From: a virus | Strand: one strand, 5' to 3' | IMG/VR virus record: IMGVR_UViG_3300009610_000003 | Span: 18,173-82,172 of that record | DNA: 64,000 bases | In this document: positions 1 to 9,200 of the stretch, piece after piece | Layout: each line of letters starts with the position of its first letter | How positions within the stretch are numbered: position 1 is the first letter of the stretch | Notes under the pieces: generated by a model | Seen by the model: the letters and a program-made list of their open reading frames with translations, nothing else | The model's database searches: none | What the model was told of the DNA's origin: nothing | Program-made: the position numbers and the translations under genes

Positions 1-2263
1 TGATGAAACCCTTCACCGAGGAAAATTTCCCGTACACCTGCGGCTTGCCGATGGCCAAGGCCGCATTGACGAACTTGGTTGGCAGCTTGTTCATGCGCTC
101 AACGAATTTCGCCTTGTATTTCGCACTGACCGCGCCGTCCGACCATGAGACATCCGCTTCGGTGAGCTTGACCTTGGGTGGTGGCTTCGGCTTCGTCTTC
201 CATGCACCGGAAGCTATTCTGGCATTCACGGCAGCGATGGCGTCAGGGTCGGTGAGCTTTTTGAAATAACCCGCATTCATTTCGGAACTGGGGCCTATGG
301 CGATGATGTCATCGTCATCCAGATCAGCGAGGGTCTTCACCTTCGGTGTCGTGGCGGCAGGGGCCGACGCGGGGGCGGGGGCGGGCGGGGATGGCTTGGG
401 CACTGCAAGCGGCGGCTTCGGCCCGCCCGGCGTCACGTCGATGATCTTGACCGGAACCCGGATGCCGCTGGCCAGCCCCGTCCAGATGCGGCTTTGCCCA
501 GCCATCAGGCGCAGCGTGTTGCCGCTCTTCAGGACGATGGGGGGCGTGGTGACGCCATTGTAGAAGCGATCCCTGATCGCCTTGGGGTCACGCCTGAGAT
601 GCAGCTTCTGATACACCTCGTCGTAGGTCATCAGCTTCTTGGTGTTGACGCTGGTGTACTGAAGGCCGTCATACTCGTCGTTCGTCAGGTAGGTCAGCGG
701 CGCTTCCTTGTAGCGCTGGTTGAAATCGGCTTGGTCTTTGATCGTGTTGCCACCCTTGCTCTGAACCCACGCATGGCCGCCATACGTGTGGTATTCCTTC
801 TTGAATTCCCACTCTAGGCCCTTGTCGCCTTCATCGACCATTCGGTTCGCAGGCATGTCCACCAGTTCGTCGGCCTTGTAGCGGTGGTTGTTGGGCATCG
901 GCTTCGGCAGGCCCTCGCCCGGCACGACTTCAGCCTTGGGCGCTGCGGGCTCAGGCGGGGCCGCTGGCGCGGGTTTGGGTGCTGGGGGTGCCACCGGCTC
1001 GGGTTTGGGCACAACAGGCGCTGGCGGCTCTGCCTTGGGCGCTGGCGGGGCCGCTGGCTCGGCATCCGGCTTCAGATGCGCGTTGGCAATGTCCTTGTCG
1101 CGCTGCTTGTTCAGGAACTGGCCCAGCTTGCCCTTGGGGGCCAGCACCACGGCCTCGCTCTCCCAGCCGTGGTCGAGCGGCGTGCCACCCTCGCGCACGG
1201 CGGTGTAGTAGCGCGCCACCGAGGTGTCGCCTTCGAAATCCCCGGCATGGCCGGTTATCCGAACCTTGAGCCCGGTTTCCTCGTAGGCTTCCTTGATCGC
1301 GTTGGCCTGCAAGCTCAGGCCCTTTTCCTGTGAACCCTTCGGGAACGTGTGCTTGTAGCCGCCATACGCGCCCTTCGGCTTGGCCAGCCAGACGCGGCCA
1401 TCGGGCTCAACGATCAACACGCCGCTGCCCGGCTTCTTGCCCTTGGTGACCAGCGGCGGTTCGACCAGACCGGGCATCTGGCCTTCGACATCCGCCCACT
1501 TGTCATCGGCAGGCGGCTTCCATGGCTTCAGCGGCACGCCGTTCAGTTCAGGGTCGGTGATCGTGCCGCCCTTGGTATAGGTCACCACCTCGTCGGAAAC
1601 GACAGGCTTGGCTGGCGCTGCTGGCGCTTCCGGGGGCTTCGCGGGTGGGGGTGGTTCCACCTCCACGGGCTTAGGAAGTGGAGGCGGTTCGACATCCACC
1701 TGCTTAGGGGGTGGAGGTGGCGGGGCCACCTCGTCCTTGATTGCTTTCAGTCGCCCGGTAGCGCCAGCAGGGTTGATTTCCGACACCGAGGAAGTCGTCG
1801 CCGTCTTCACTGCCTTGAAGTCGGCGGGGTCGTGGATGGTGATGAAGCCCTTCTTGCGGTCATACGCTAGGTCTTCGTTCCAGCCACCCGCCGCCTTGAA
1901 CTCGGCGACGGTCATGCCTTCCTTGTACTGGGCGAAGCGCACTTCAGCCGCCGTGCCCGGCTTCTTCGGGTTGGCTGTGACATGCAACTTGATCTGGTCG
2001 CCACCGGTCACGCGCTTGGTCTTGGCGCTGACCAGCCACTCGGCCTTGTTGGGGCTCTCGGTCGAAACCGCGTGCTTGCCGCTCTTGAGGCCGACGCCCA
2101 TGCCGACGCTCTTCTTGGGCGCTTCGGCCATGCCGGGTTTGTTCGCGAACTTCCCGCCGATGTCGCGTTTGTGCTTGCTCTCTTCGAACTTGGCGCGGGC
2201 GAGCGCCGCGCCCCCGGCGAGCTTGACGCCGCCTTTCTTGGTCTTGGCACGCGGCCTTCTCAT
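1..2263 (-). CDS. Multi-domain protein, 3' end off window: NPKK domain, Nudix hydrolase and ParB/Srx-like domain with Pro-rich linkers
   Basis: Not in the ORF track because there is no stop in the window. Read by hand from ATG 2263 (MRRPRAKTKK..KFEESKHKRDIGGKF), open to position 2. Contains NPKKPGTAAEVRFAQYKEGMTV (~1835-2000), the Nudix box FPKGSQEKGLSLQANAIKEAYEETGL (~1270-1345) and PPIVLKSGNTLRLMAGQSRI..GIRVPVKII (~440-545). Confidence 0.8.
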   Translation of the reverse strand, partial: MRRPRAKTKKGGVKLAGGAALARAKFEESKHKRDIGGKFANKPGMAEAPKKSVGMGVGLKSGKHAVSTESPNKAEWLVSAKTKRVTGGDQIKLHVTANPKKPGTAAEVRFAQYKEGMTVAEFKAAGGWNEDLAYDRKKGFITIHDPADFKAVKTATTSSVSEINPAGATGRLKAIKDEVAPPPPPPKQVDVEPPPLPKPVEVEPPPPAKPPEAPAAPAKPVVSDEVVTYTKGGTITDPELNGVPLKPWKPPADDKWADVEGQMPGLVEPPLVTKGKKPGSGVLIVEPDGRVWLAKPKGAYGGYKHTFPKGSQEKGLSLQANAIKEAYEETGLKVRITGHAGDFEGDTSVARYYTAVREGGTPLDHGWESEAVVLAPKGKLGQFLNKQRDKDIANAHLKPDAEPAAPPAPKAEPPAPVVPKPEPVAPPAPKPAPAAPPEPAAPKAEVVPGEGLPKPMPNNHRYKADELVDMPANRMVDEGDKGLEWEFKKEYHTYGGHAWVQSKGGNTIKDQADFNQRYKEAPLTYLTNDEYDGLQYTSVNTKKLMTYDEVYQKLHLRRDPKAIRDRFYNGVTTPPIVLKSGNTLRLMAGQSRIWTGLASGIRVPVKIIDVTPGGPKPPLAVPKPSPPAPAPASAPAATTPKVKTLADLDDDDIIAIGPSSEMNAGYFKKLTDPDAIAAVNARIASGAWKTKPKPPPKVKLTEADVSWSDGAVSAKYKAKFVERMNKLPTKFVNAALAIGKPQVYGKFSSVKGFI

Positions 2264-2892
2264 GGGGCTATCGGGGGTGGCGGGTCGAACGGCCAGTAGA
2301 GGTCATCGGTGTAGTCCATGGGGATGGGGTCTAGGTCTTTCAGCGACCGGGCATTGCGGATCATCCGCTGTTTGAACCGCAGCATGAACTGCGCCAGATT
2401 GCGCACATCGTAAGCGGTCATGGGCAGGTGGAAATTGTCGGCAGTGATCCAGTAATAGTCCGTGCCCGTGTCGCCGCCGCCACCGGGCGGGGCCTTGGTG
2501 ACTGCCTGTTGCTGCCACGAATAGTCGAAATCGCCAGCGCCTTGGGCGATGGCCGTATCGGCGGCCTGCATGGCGTCCATGATATTGCGCTGGCTGAACT
2601 CGTCGCTCTGGAAGCGGTGACCCATGAAGTCGAAGCCCCCGGTTATGCGCCGGTCGCGTTCCATGTTGACCTGATCGCCCCTGATCGGCGGTGCGACGTA
2701 AGGGTCGATGACGCCGCCGCCTTCGATGTAGGCAAGCCAGTCGCCGACCTGACTTTGGTCGGTCAGCGCCCAGATGCCGCCTTCGGCATCGACCGCCTGC
2801 ACCTGCCGGGGCGGTGGCAACGCATCGACCATCAGCGGGTTCACGTACAGGTCGGGTTCCGGGGAAGTGTATCTGGCCGAGACATAGGGCAT
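2260..2892 (-). CDS. DUF4376-like phage protein, putative fibre assembly chaperone
   Basis: VNMERDRRITGGFDFMGHRFQSD..SQRNI and WITADN..PMT motifs. Lies directly downstream of the fibre genes. Confidence 0.6.
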   Translation of the reverse strand: MPYVSARYTSPEPDLYVNPLMVDALPPPRQVQAVDAEGGIWALTDQSQVGDWLAYIEGGGVIDPYVAPPIRGDQVNMERDRRITGGFDFMGHRFQSDEFSQRNIMDAMQAADTAIAQGAGDFDYSWQQQAVTKAPPGGGGDTGTDYYWITADNFHLPMTAYDVRNLAQFMLRFKQRMIRNARSLKDLDPIPMDYTDDLYWPFDPPPPIAP

Positions 2893-2894
2893 GG

Positions 2895-4025
2895 CTATCT
2901 CGCATTATTGGCGATGTACAAAGTGCCACCGACAGCTTGGTCTTGAATAGCGGCGCGGCCCAGATTTGTCGCTGCCGCCGTGCTGCCGTCGATTTCGTCA
3001 TTGAAGGGGTTCGCGTAAGAGGTGGTGACACCAAGAAGGTTCGTATTGACCCCCTGATCGTAGATCGTGGGCGGCCCCACGATTGAAAGCGCCCCACCAG
3101 CACGCATCTGCACCGTGTGCTGCGTTCCGAGGCGGCCCACCGCCGTGGTTGCCACGCCAATGCCGCATCCGCCCTGCGACTTGTGCCAATGCCGCAGGGC
3201 GTCCATATGCGCCTGCCCCTCGTCAACCAGCAGATGCGGCGGGGCACGGCCCGTCAGGTCAGGGTCCATGTAAAGGCCGACATCGGCAAGTTGGAAGGTG
3301 TTACCGGTAGCAAACCCATTGGTGATGCCCGTGGGCGCAAGAAGGCTCCCCGCCGCCCAAACCCCCGGCGTCGATATGAGCGCCGTGTAGCCGCAGCCGA
3401 AGCAGAAATAGAAATTAATGGCGTGAGGGGTATTGTCCTTTGGCCAAACGCCTGTGACATCACCGGGAATAACTACCGAATATTCCACAAATTGATTGAT
3501 GGTAGAAATCGTGTATTGAAAAACATAGCTGCGATTTGCAGCCGCGTTCCTGAAGCCACCGCCAAAAGTGCCAGCAACAGTGCTCTGTAGATAGAACCGC
3601 AATACTACCTGCTTTGCCTTAGCCGTCCCCCATTCCAAAGACGTGACCCGATTACCTTCCAGACCTGTGCCAATTAAATAATAATCAGTTGCCCCCAGTG
3701 TCGGTTTAACACTTGGTGCGTTGACCGGCATATAGAGTTTATACTGCGAACCCGTAAGGGGTAAACGAAAACCTTGTCGTTGCAGGTTTGTTGATATGCC
3801 GCTTAACGATACAACCCACTGATCCGCCGGGTAATAAGCATTGACACTGGACACTACGTCGCCATTTTGCTGGCTGACCTGCATGGAACCGTTTACGATA
3901 TAATTGAACGGCAGCGCCGTCCCCAACTGGGTCGCGTTCCATGTCGTGCCGTCCCAGATATAGCGAACCGTGCCGCTATCGAATTTCTGGCCGATTGCCG
4001 GGCTAGATGGGAAATTTAGCGCCAT
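2895..4025 (-). CDS. Fibre/receptor-binding-like protein, paralog 3 of 3
   Basis: [14 protein letters not shown]-terminus, NYIVNGSMQVSQ, YPADQW and DVGLYMDP, all shared with its two neighbours. Beta-rich. Confidence 0.7.
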   Translation of the reverse strand: MALNFPSSPAIGQKFDSGTVRYIWDGTTWNATQLGTALPFNYIVNGSMQVSQQNGDVVSSVNAYYPADQWVVSLSGISTNLQRQGFRLPLTGSQYKLYMPVNAPSVKPTLGATDYYLIGTGLEGNRVTSLEWGTAKAKQVVLRFYLQSTVAGTFGGGFRNAAANRSYVFQYTISTINQFVEYSVVIPGDVTGVWPKDNTPHAINFYFCFGCGYTALISTPGVWAAGSLLAPTGITNGFATGNTFQLADVGLYMDPDLTGRAPPHLLVDEGQAHMDALRHWHKSQGGCGIGVATTAVGRLGTQHTVQMRAGGALSIVGPPTIYDQGVNTNLLGVTTSYANPFNDEIDGSTAAATNLGRAAIQDQAVGGTLYIANNAR

Positions 4026-5156
4026 TCAATGCCTCGCGCTAATGGCAAAGTAAGACGCTTCGGTCTGATAATACTGGATGCCCACGCGGCCCGGTGTGAA
4101 ACCACCCGCCGAACAGGACACATCGAACTCGCAGACGTATTCATTGCCCTGCGCTGACATCGAAGTCGCCGTGGGCGTGACACCGGCATCGTATATCTTT
4201 GGCGTGCCGACTATGCTGCCTGCGGGCGGGACGCGCATCGGCGCTGCGTGCTGAGCGCCGCCACGGTACATGGAAGCGGTGTCACCATGCCCTCCGCGCA
4301 AGGTGTATTGCCTGTACCAGTAGCGCTGGCAGCGGCGCAGTTCCTGAGCAAAATCGGGCAGTTCCCACGCGGGGGCGACGCCCGTCTTGTAAGGGTCCAT
4401 GTACAAGCCGACATCGAACAGGTCGTATGTCGCTGCGGATGTGGCCAGACCATTGGAATTGCTGGCGGTGCCATTCCGGCTGTTGGCTTGCCAACCGGCC
4501 ACCCCCTGAACATTCGAACCTGCGGCGAGTGCCACGCCGAATTGCAGTCCGATATTGGCGCTGTCGATTGGCCATGTCCCGGTCGTATCGCCGGGAATGA
4601 CGAACGTCTGCTCGGTGTCGGTGTTGGCCTGCCCGGCGCTGATCGTGAAATTGGCGACGTAGCTGCGCACCGTTGAATGGTTCTTGACAAAGATGCTGTA
4701 CGTGCCTGCCGGGGCTCTGAACCCGAACCGCAAGATGATCTGCTGTGCCGCAGCGCTTCCGAATTTAAGCTCGGCACAGCGAACGCCTTCAATGCGGTGC
4801 TGCATGGACAAATAATCAGGTGCATCCAGCGTGGCGTCGGGAGTTACAATTACAAAACGAAGTCTATGTAACGAACCACGTGGCGTAGTTAACAAATGCT
4901 GTGCCACTGAGGCAACACCCGTGCTGGTAAAGAAGATATACCATTGGTCAACTATCACTGCGGCGCTGCCGCTAACCACGACTGTGTTGCCATATTGTTG
5001 GCTGATCTGCATCGCTGGGTTGACGACATAGTTCTTGGGCAACGCCGTGGTCATCGGCGCAGCGCCCCAGTAACTGCCATCGTACACAAATGACCTGCCG
5101 GGGCTGGCGTTGAATACCTGCCCAGCTACTGGCGAAGATGGAAAATCAATCGCCAT
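4026..5156 (-). CDS. Fibre/receptor-binding-like protein, paralog 2 of 3
   Basis: MAIDFPSSP, NYVVNPAMQISQ and ELRRCQRYW. TGATG coupling with the upstream gene. Confidence 0.7.
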   Translation of the reverse strand: MAIDFPSSPVAGQVFNASPGRSFVYDGSYWGAAPMTTALPKNYVVNPAMQISQQYGNTVVVSGSAAVIVDQWYIFFTSTGVASVAQHLLTTPRGSLHRLRFVIVTPDATLDAPDYLSMQHRIEGVRCAELKFGSAAAQQIILRFGFRAPAGTYSIFVKNHSTVRSYVANFTISAGQANTDTEQTFVIPGDTTGTWPIDSANIGLQFGVALAAGSNVQGVAGWQANSRNGTASNSNGLATSAATYDLFDVGLYMDPYKTGVAPAWELPDFAQELRRCQRYWYRQYTLRGGHGDTASMYRGGAQHAAPMRVPPAGSIVGTPKIYDAGVTPTATSMSAQGNEYVCEFDVSCSAGGFTPGRVGIQYYQTEASYFAISARH

Positions 5157-6292
5157 CACATCCTCGCGTTCACGGCAATGTATTTGGTGTACTGGACGCC
5201 ATCCGAGAGTTGCATGGCGGGTCGTCCCAGAACGAACGTGCCTGCCGTGACCATCACCGCATACAGCGCCATGTTGTTGGACGGGTTGGACGAAATCGAC
5301 GTGATCGTCGGAGCCACAGTAGTGTCATAGAGCCGTGGCGCACCGACAATCGACAGGGCCGGGGCGATGCGCATCGGCACCGGATGCACGGCCTGCACGT
5401 GCCCTTGCAGCGTTCCACTGATCACGCCACGCGACATGAAGCACGGATACCAGTAGCGCTGGCAGTCGGCCAAATCGTCTTCGTAATTCGGAACGATGAA
5501 CTCGGGCGCAAGGCCAGTGTTATTCGGATCAACCCACAGCCCGACATCGGCTATCCGGTGACCATTGCCCGCTGCCGCAGTGATGCCGTTCGTCATACCG
5601 GCGATGCCGAGATGATTGCCCGCCTGCCAGCCCGCGACACCGCTGCCGTAGGTCGTGCCGCAGGCAAAGACAAAATTGATTATCATAGCCATGCCAGTAT
5701 CCACGGTCCATGTAGTAAGTATATCGCCGGGAACTGAAATAACCACAGTCGTCCATGTATTCGCAACAAGTGTGAACGGGGCGAGAAACGAACGGGAACT
5801 GGTTCCATTCCGTATCGCAACTGTATAGGTGCCTGACTTCTCCGAATATGCCCTGAACCGCAGCACAGCGGCTCTGGCCAGACTTGAGGTTACCGGACCC
5901 CAGTTAAAATCTGCAATGCGCGTCCCTTCAATACGTTGACAATACGAATAATAATCGCCAGCGGCGAGCGTCGGCACAGCAACACTGACCGTCCCCGATA
6001 TGCACCATCCGCCAACAGTGTTTACTGCATCCGCAAGCCTTAAAATTGTCCCAGCCGCACCCGGACTTGCATCAAAAAACCACTGGTCAACGGGATAGCC
6101 CCCAATGCCAACCGGGGCGGCAGTAGGCTGCGCGATCTGGAACGTGGGGTTGACGATGCGATTGGGCCTGATGGCCGTACCCGCCGGGCGCGTCCATGCG
6201 CCCTTGGCCGTGCGGTACACGTAATTCGGCAAATTGCCACCGGGCCGCCACACATATCCATCAGTCGGGGACGATGGGAAATTCAGCGCCAT
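5156..6292 (-). CDS. Fibre/receptor-binding-like protein, paralog 1 of 3
   Basis: Start re-set to ATG 6292 (MALNFPSSP), which overlaps the stop of the giant fibre gene. Contains NRIVNPTFQIAQ and DLADCQRYW. Confidence 0.7.
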   Translation of the reverse strand: MALNFPSSPTDGYVWRPGGNLPNYVYRTAKGAWTRPAGTAIRPNRIVNPTFQIAQPTAAPVGIGGYPVDQWFFDASPGAAGTILRLADAVNTVGGWCISGTVSVAVPTLAAGDYYSYCQRIEGTRIADFNWGPVTSSLARAAVLRFRAYSEKSGTYTVAIRNGTSSRSFLAPFTLVANTWTTVVISVPGDILTTWTVDTGMAMIINFVFACGTTYGSGVAGWQAGNHLGIAGMTNGITAAAGNGHRIADVGLWVDPNNTGLAPEFIVPNYEDDLADCQRYWYPCFMSRGVISGTLQGHVQAVHPVPMRIAPALSIVGAPRLYDTTVAPTITSISSNPSNNMALYAVMVTAGTFVLGRPAMQLSDGVQYTKYIAVNARM

Positions 6293-9200
6293 CAGGTGCC
6301 CACCGTGTTGATCTGGACCCACTGATTGGACGTGCCATCCATGTAGTAGATGTAAAAATTGCCGTTCGCCGAGTTGAACCACATTTGCCCATTGACCGGG
6401 CTGGACGGCGCGGTGTCGCTTACATCCGCCGTGGCCTTGTCCATGAACGGCCCCTTGGTCACGGCATTGATGCGCGCATACAGGCCCGCTGTCGTCGTCC
6501 ACAGGTCGCCATTGACCGGGGCCGAGGGCGCAACGCCATGCGGAAGGACGATGCCCGCCGCGCCCGTTGCGGACAGCACCGTGGTCACCTTGCCGGTCGC
6601 CGTCAGCGCGGCGACGGTCACCGTGCCGGTGAATGTCGGGCTCGCAAGGTTGGCCTTCAGATTGTCGGCGGTCGTGACGAAAGCGGTCGTCGCCAACTGC
6701 GTCGTGCTGGTCAACGCGGCGGCTGTCGGCGCAGCCGGGACGCCTGTGAAGGTCGGGCTCGCAAGCGGTGCGAAACTCGCCGCCACGAAAGCCGTGGTCG
6801 CCAACTGGGTCGTATTGGTGCCCGGCGCTGCCGTGGGCGCGTCAGGGGTGCCTGTGAAAACAGGGTCGGCCAGCGTCGCATATAGCTGCGCCTTCACATA
6901 GGCGGTCGTGGCAATCGACGTGTCGTTGTCGGCAGTGGCCGGGGTTGGGGCCTGTGGGTCACCAGTGAAGACCGGGCTTGCCAGATTGGCCTTGAGCGGG
7001 TCACTGACCACCGCACCCAGCGGCCCCACGGTCACCGCGTTGATGCGCGCGTAGAGCCCCGCCGTGGTCGTCCACAGATCGCCGTTGACCGGGGAGGTCG
7101 GCGCGACCCCGTGGGGGATGTTCAGGCTGGCCAGCGCGGCCGTCCCCAACTCGGTCGTCACTTTGCCGGTGAACGTGGGGCTGGCGATATTCGCCTTGAG
7201 GTTGTCAGCCGTGGTGACGAACGCGGTCGTGGCAAGCTGGGTCGTGTTCGTCAACGCCGCCGCCGTGGGGGCCGCTGGCACGCCCGTGAACGTGGGTGAG
7301 GCTAGATTGGCCTTGAGGTTGTCCGCCGTGGTGACGAACGCAGTCGTCGCGATCTGCGTGGTGCTGGTGCCCGGCGCTGCCGTGACTGCGGTTGGGACGC
7401 CATCGCCATAGATGCTGTCATCAAGCGTGTCTACCGTACCGGCAACGTCGCCGGGGAAGGTGGTCGCGCTCAGCGCCGAAAGGCCGAAGATTTTGCCGCC
7501 TGTCAGCACGGAATAGCGCGGCCCGGTAATCGGCCCAGTGGTGACGGCAATGCCTGCGTCAGCCGTGTAAATTGTCCCGCCTTGTATGGCATAGGCAAAG
7601 GCCACTGCGATAACAACGTTCGAAAACGTATCGGGTCGAACAGGGCAAACAATAATCCACGCAGTATCGCTGATGTATATGTAGCCATCAAGCGAGGCAT
7701 AGAGAATATAGCTACAACCCGCCGTCATAAGTGTGATATCGGCGGTGACTGTAATTCTTCCGCCCAAGGTCGCCTGTATGCTGGCGGAAGCGCCGGTGTG
7801 ATTAAACGCCATACCCGCACCGACTGTAACCTCAACACCAACGCCGGATGCCACTAGGGCGTTCAATACAGTGCCAATGCCCAACGTCAGATTATTAAGA
7901 GCAATCCTAGTAGTGGTTCCAGTAACAAGTACCTGCGATAAACCGGACGTTGCGTTGCTCACCCCATTGATCGAAACAGTGGTGACGCCAACCAGCTTGT
8001 CTTCGGCGGTCGAAATACTGGTCGTGAACAGGCTTTGAATGGAAATGGTGACGGCAAACCCATTGCCATCAATCAGGCTCAGCGTGTTCCACGCTGCCTG
8101 CGGCGTGAGGAACGCCCCGGCTGCGTCGTTGGTCAGGCCGGTGTTGGTGTCCAACCCGTCCGAGCGCACATAGTAGGTGCGCGCCGCCGTCAGCTTCTCA
8201 CGTGTCGTTGTCGTCACAAACGCCGTGGTCGCAAGCTGCGTCGTAGAGGTCCGCGCCGCCGCCGTAGGTGCGGCTGGCACGCCAGTGAATGTGGGGCTGG
8301 CGAGGTTCGCCTTCAGGTTGTCTGCCGTGGTGACGAACGCCGTGGTCGCGAGTTGCGTCGTATTGGTCAACGCGGCAGCGGTCGGTGCGGCAGGCACGCC
8401 CGTGAACGTGGGCGAGGCGAGCGGCGCATATGCCTGTGCTTTCACAAAGGCGGTGGTGGCTATGCTGGTGTCGTTGTCGGCGGTCGCGGGCGTAGGTGCC
8501 TGCGGGTCGCCCGTGAAAACAGGGGAAGCGAGGTTCGCCTTGGTCGTCGTGTCGGACGGTAGGATGATGAAGTTGACGCGATCAGCGTTGGCGATGGCGA
8601 CGCCGCCCGAGCTTTCCAGCGTCAGCGTGATCGTCCAGTAGGTCGTGCTGTCCACCAGCGGCGCGGTCACCCGGAAGATGTGCCACGTGGTTGGCGCATC
8701 CTGATTGACGATGCCGACCCGCGCCCCGGTGGTGATCATTTCCGGCATGGTCAGCGTGGTGTCCAGCACGCTCAGATCGGTCTTGAACAGCCACGCCGTG
8801 GTCACCGAGGCCATGGTCGCCGAGTTCACCCGGAACTGGCCAGTCGTCGGCGGTGCGACGATTTCCGTGCGCCACTCGTACTGTCTCGTCGTCAGCGGGT
8901 TGGCGTACTTGAAGAAATCTTCCCAGACCGCGTTGCGCCGGAAATAGAAGCGGCTGTCCGAAGCCGCATCGCTGACCTTCAGCGCCATGTTCGCCTGCAC
9001 GTGGGCGGTCGTGGCCAGCGTCGTGGTGTTGTCGGCGGTCGCAGGCGTCGGCGCTGCCGGGGTGCCTGTGAAGGTCGGGCTGGCAAGGTTCGCCTTGAGC
9101 GCATCGGCAGTCGTCACGAAAGCGGTCGTGGCAAGCTGCGTCGTGCTGGTGAGCGCGGCAGCGGTCGGCGCTGCGGGAACGCCCGTGAAGGTCGGGCTCG

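Noticed and set aside
2895-6292. Diversity-generating retroelement or shufflon acting on the three paralogs
   Set aside because: No reverse transcriptase, invertase, template/variable repeat pair or inverted crossover sites are visible in the window.
5156-6502. 448-aa version of the ORF given in the track
   Set aside because: The extension overlaps the giant fibre gene. Paralogy and TGATG coupling place the start at 6292.
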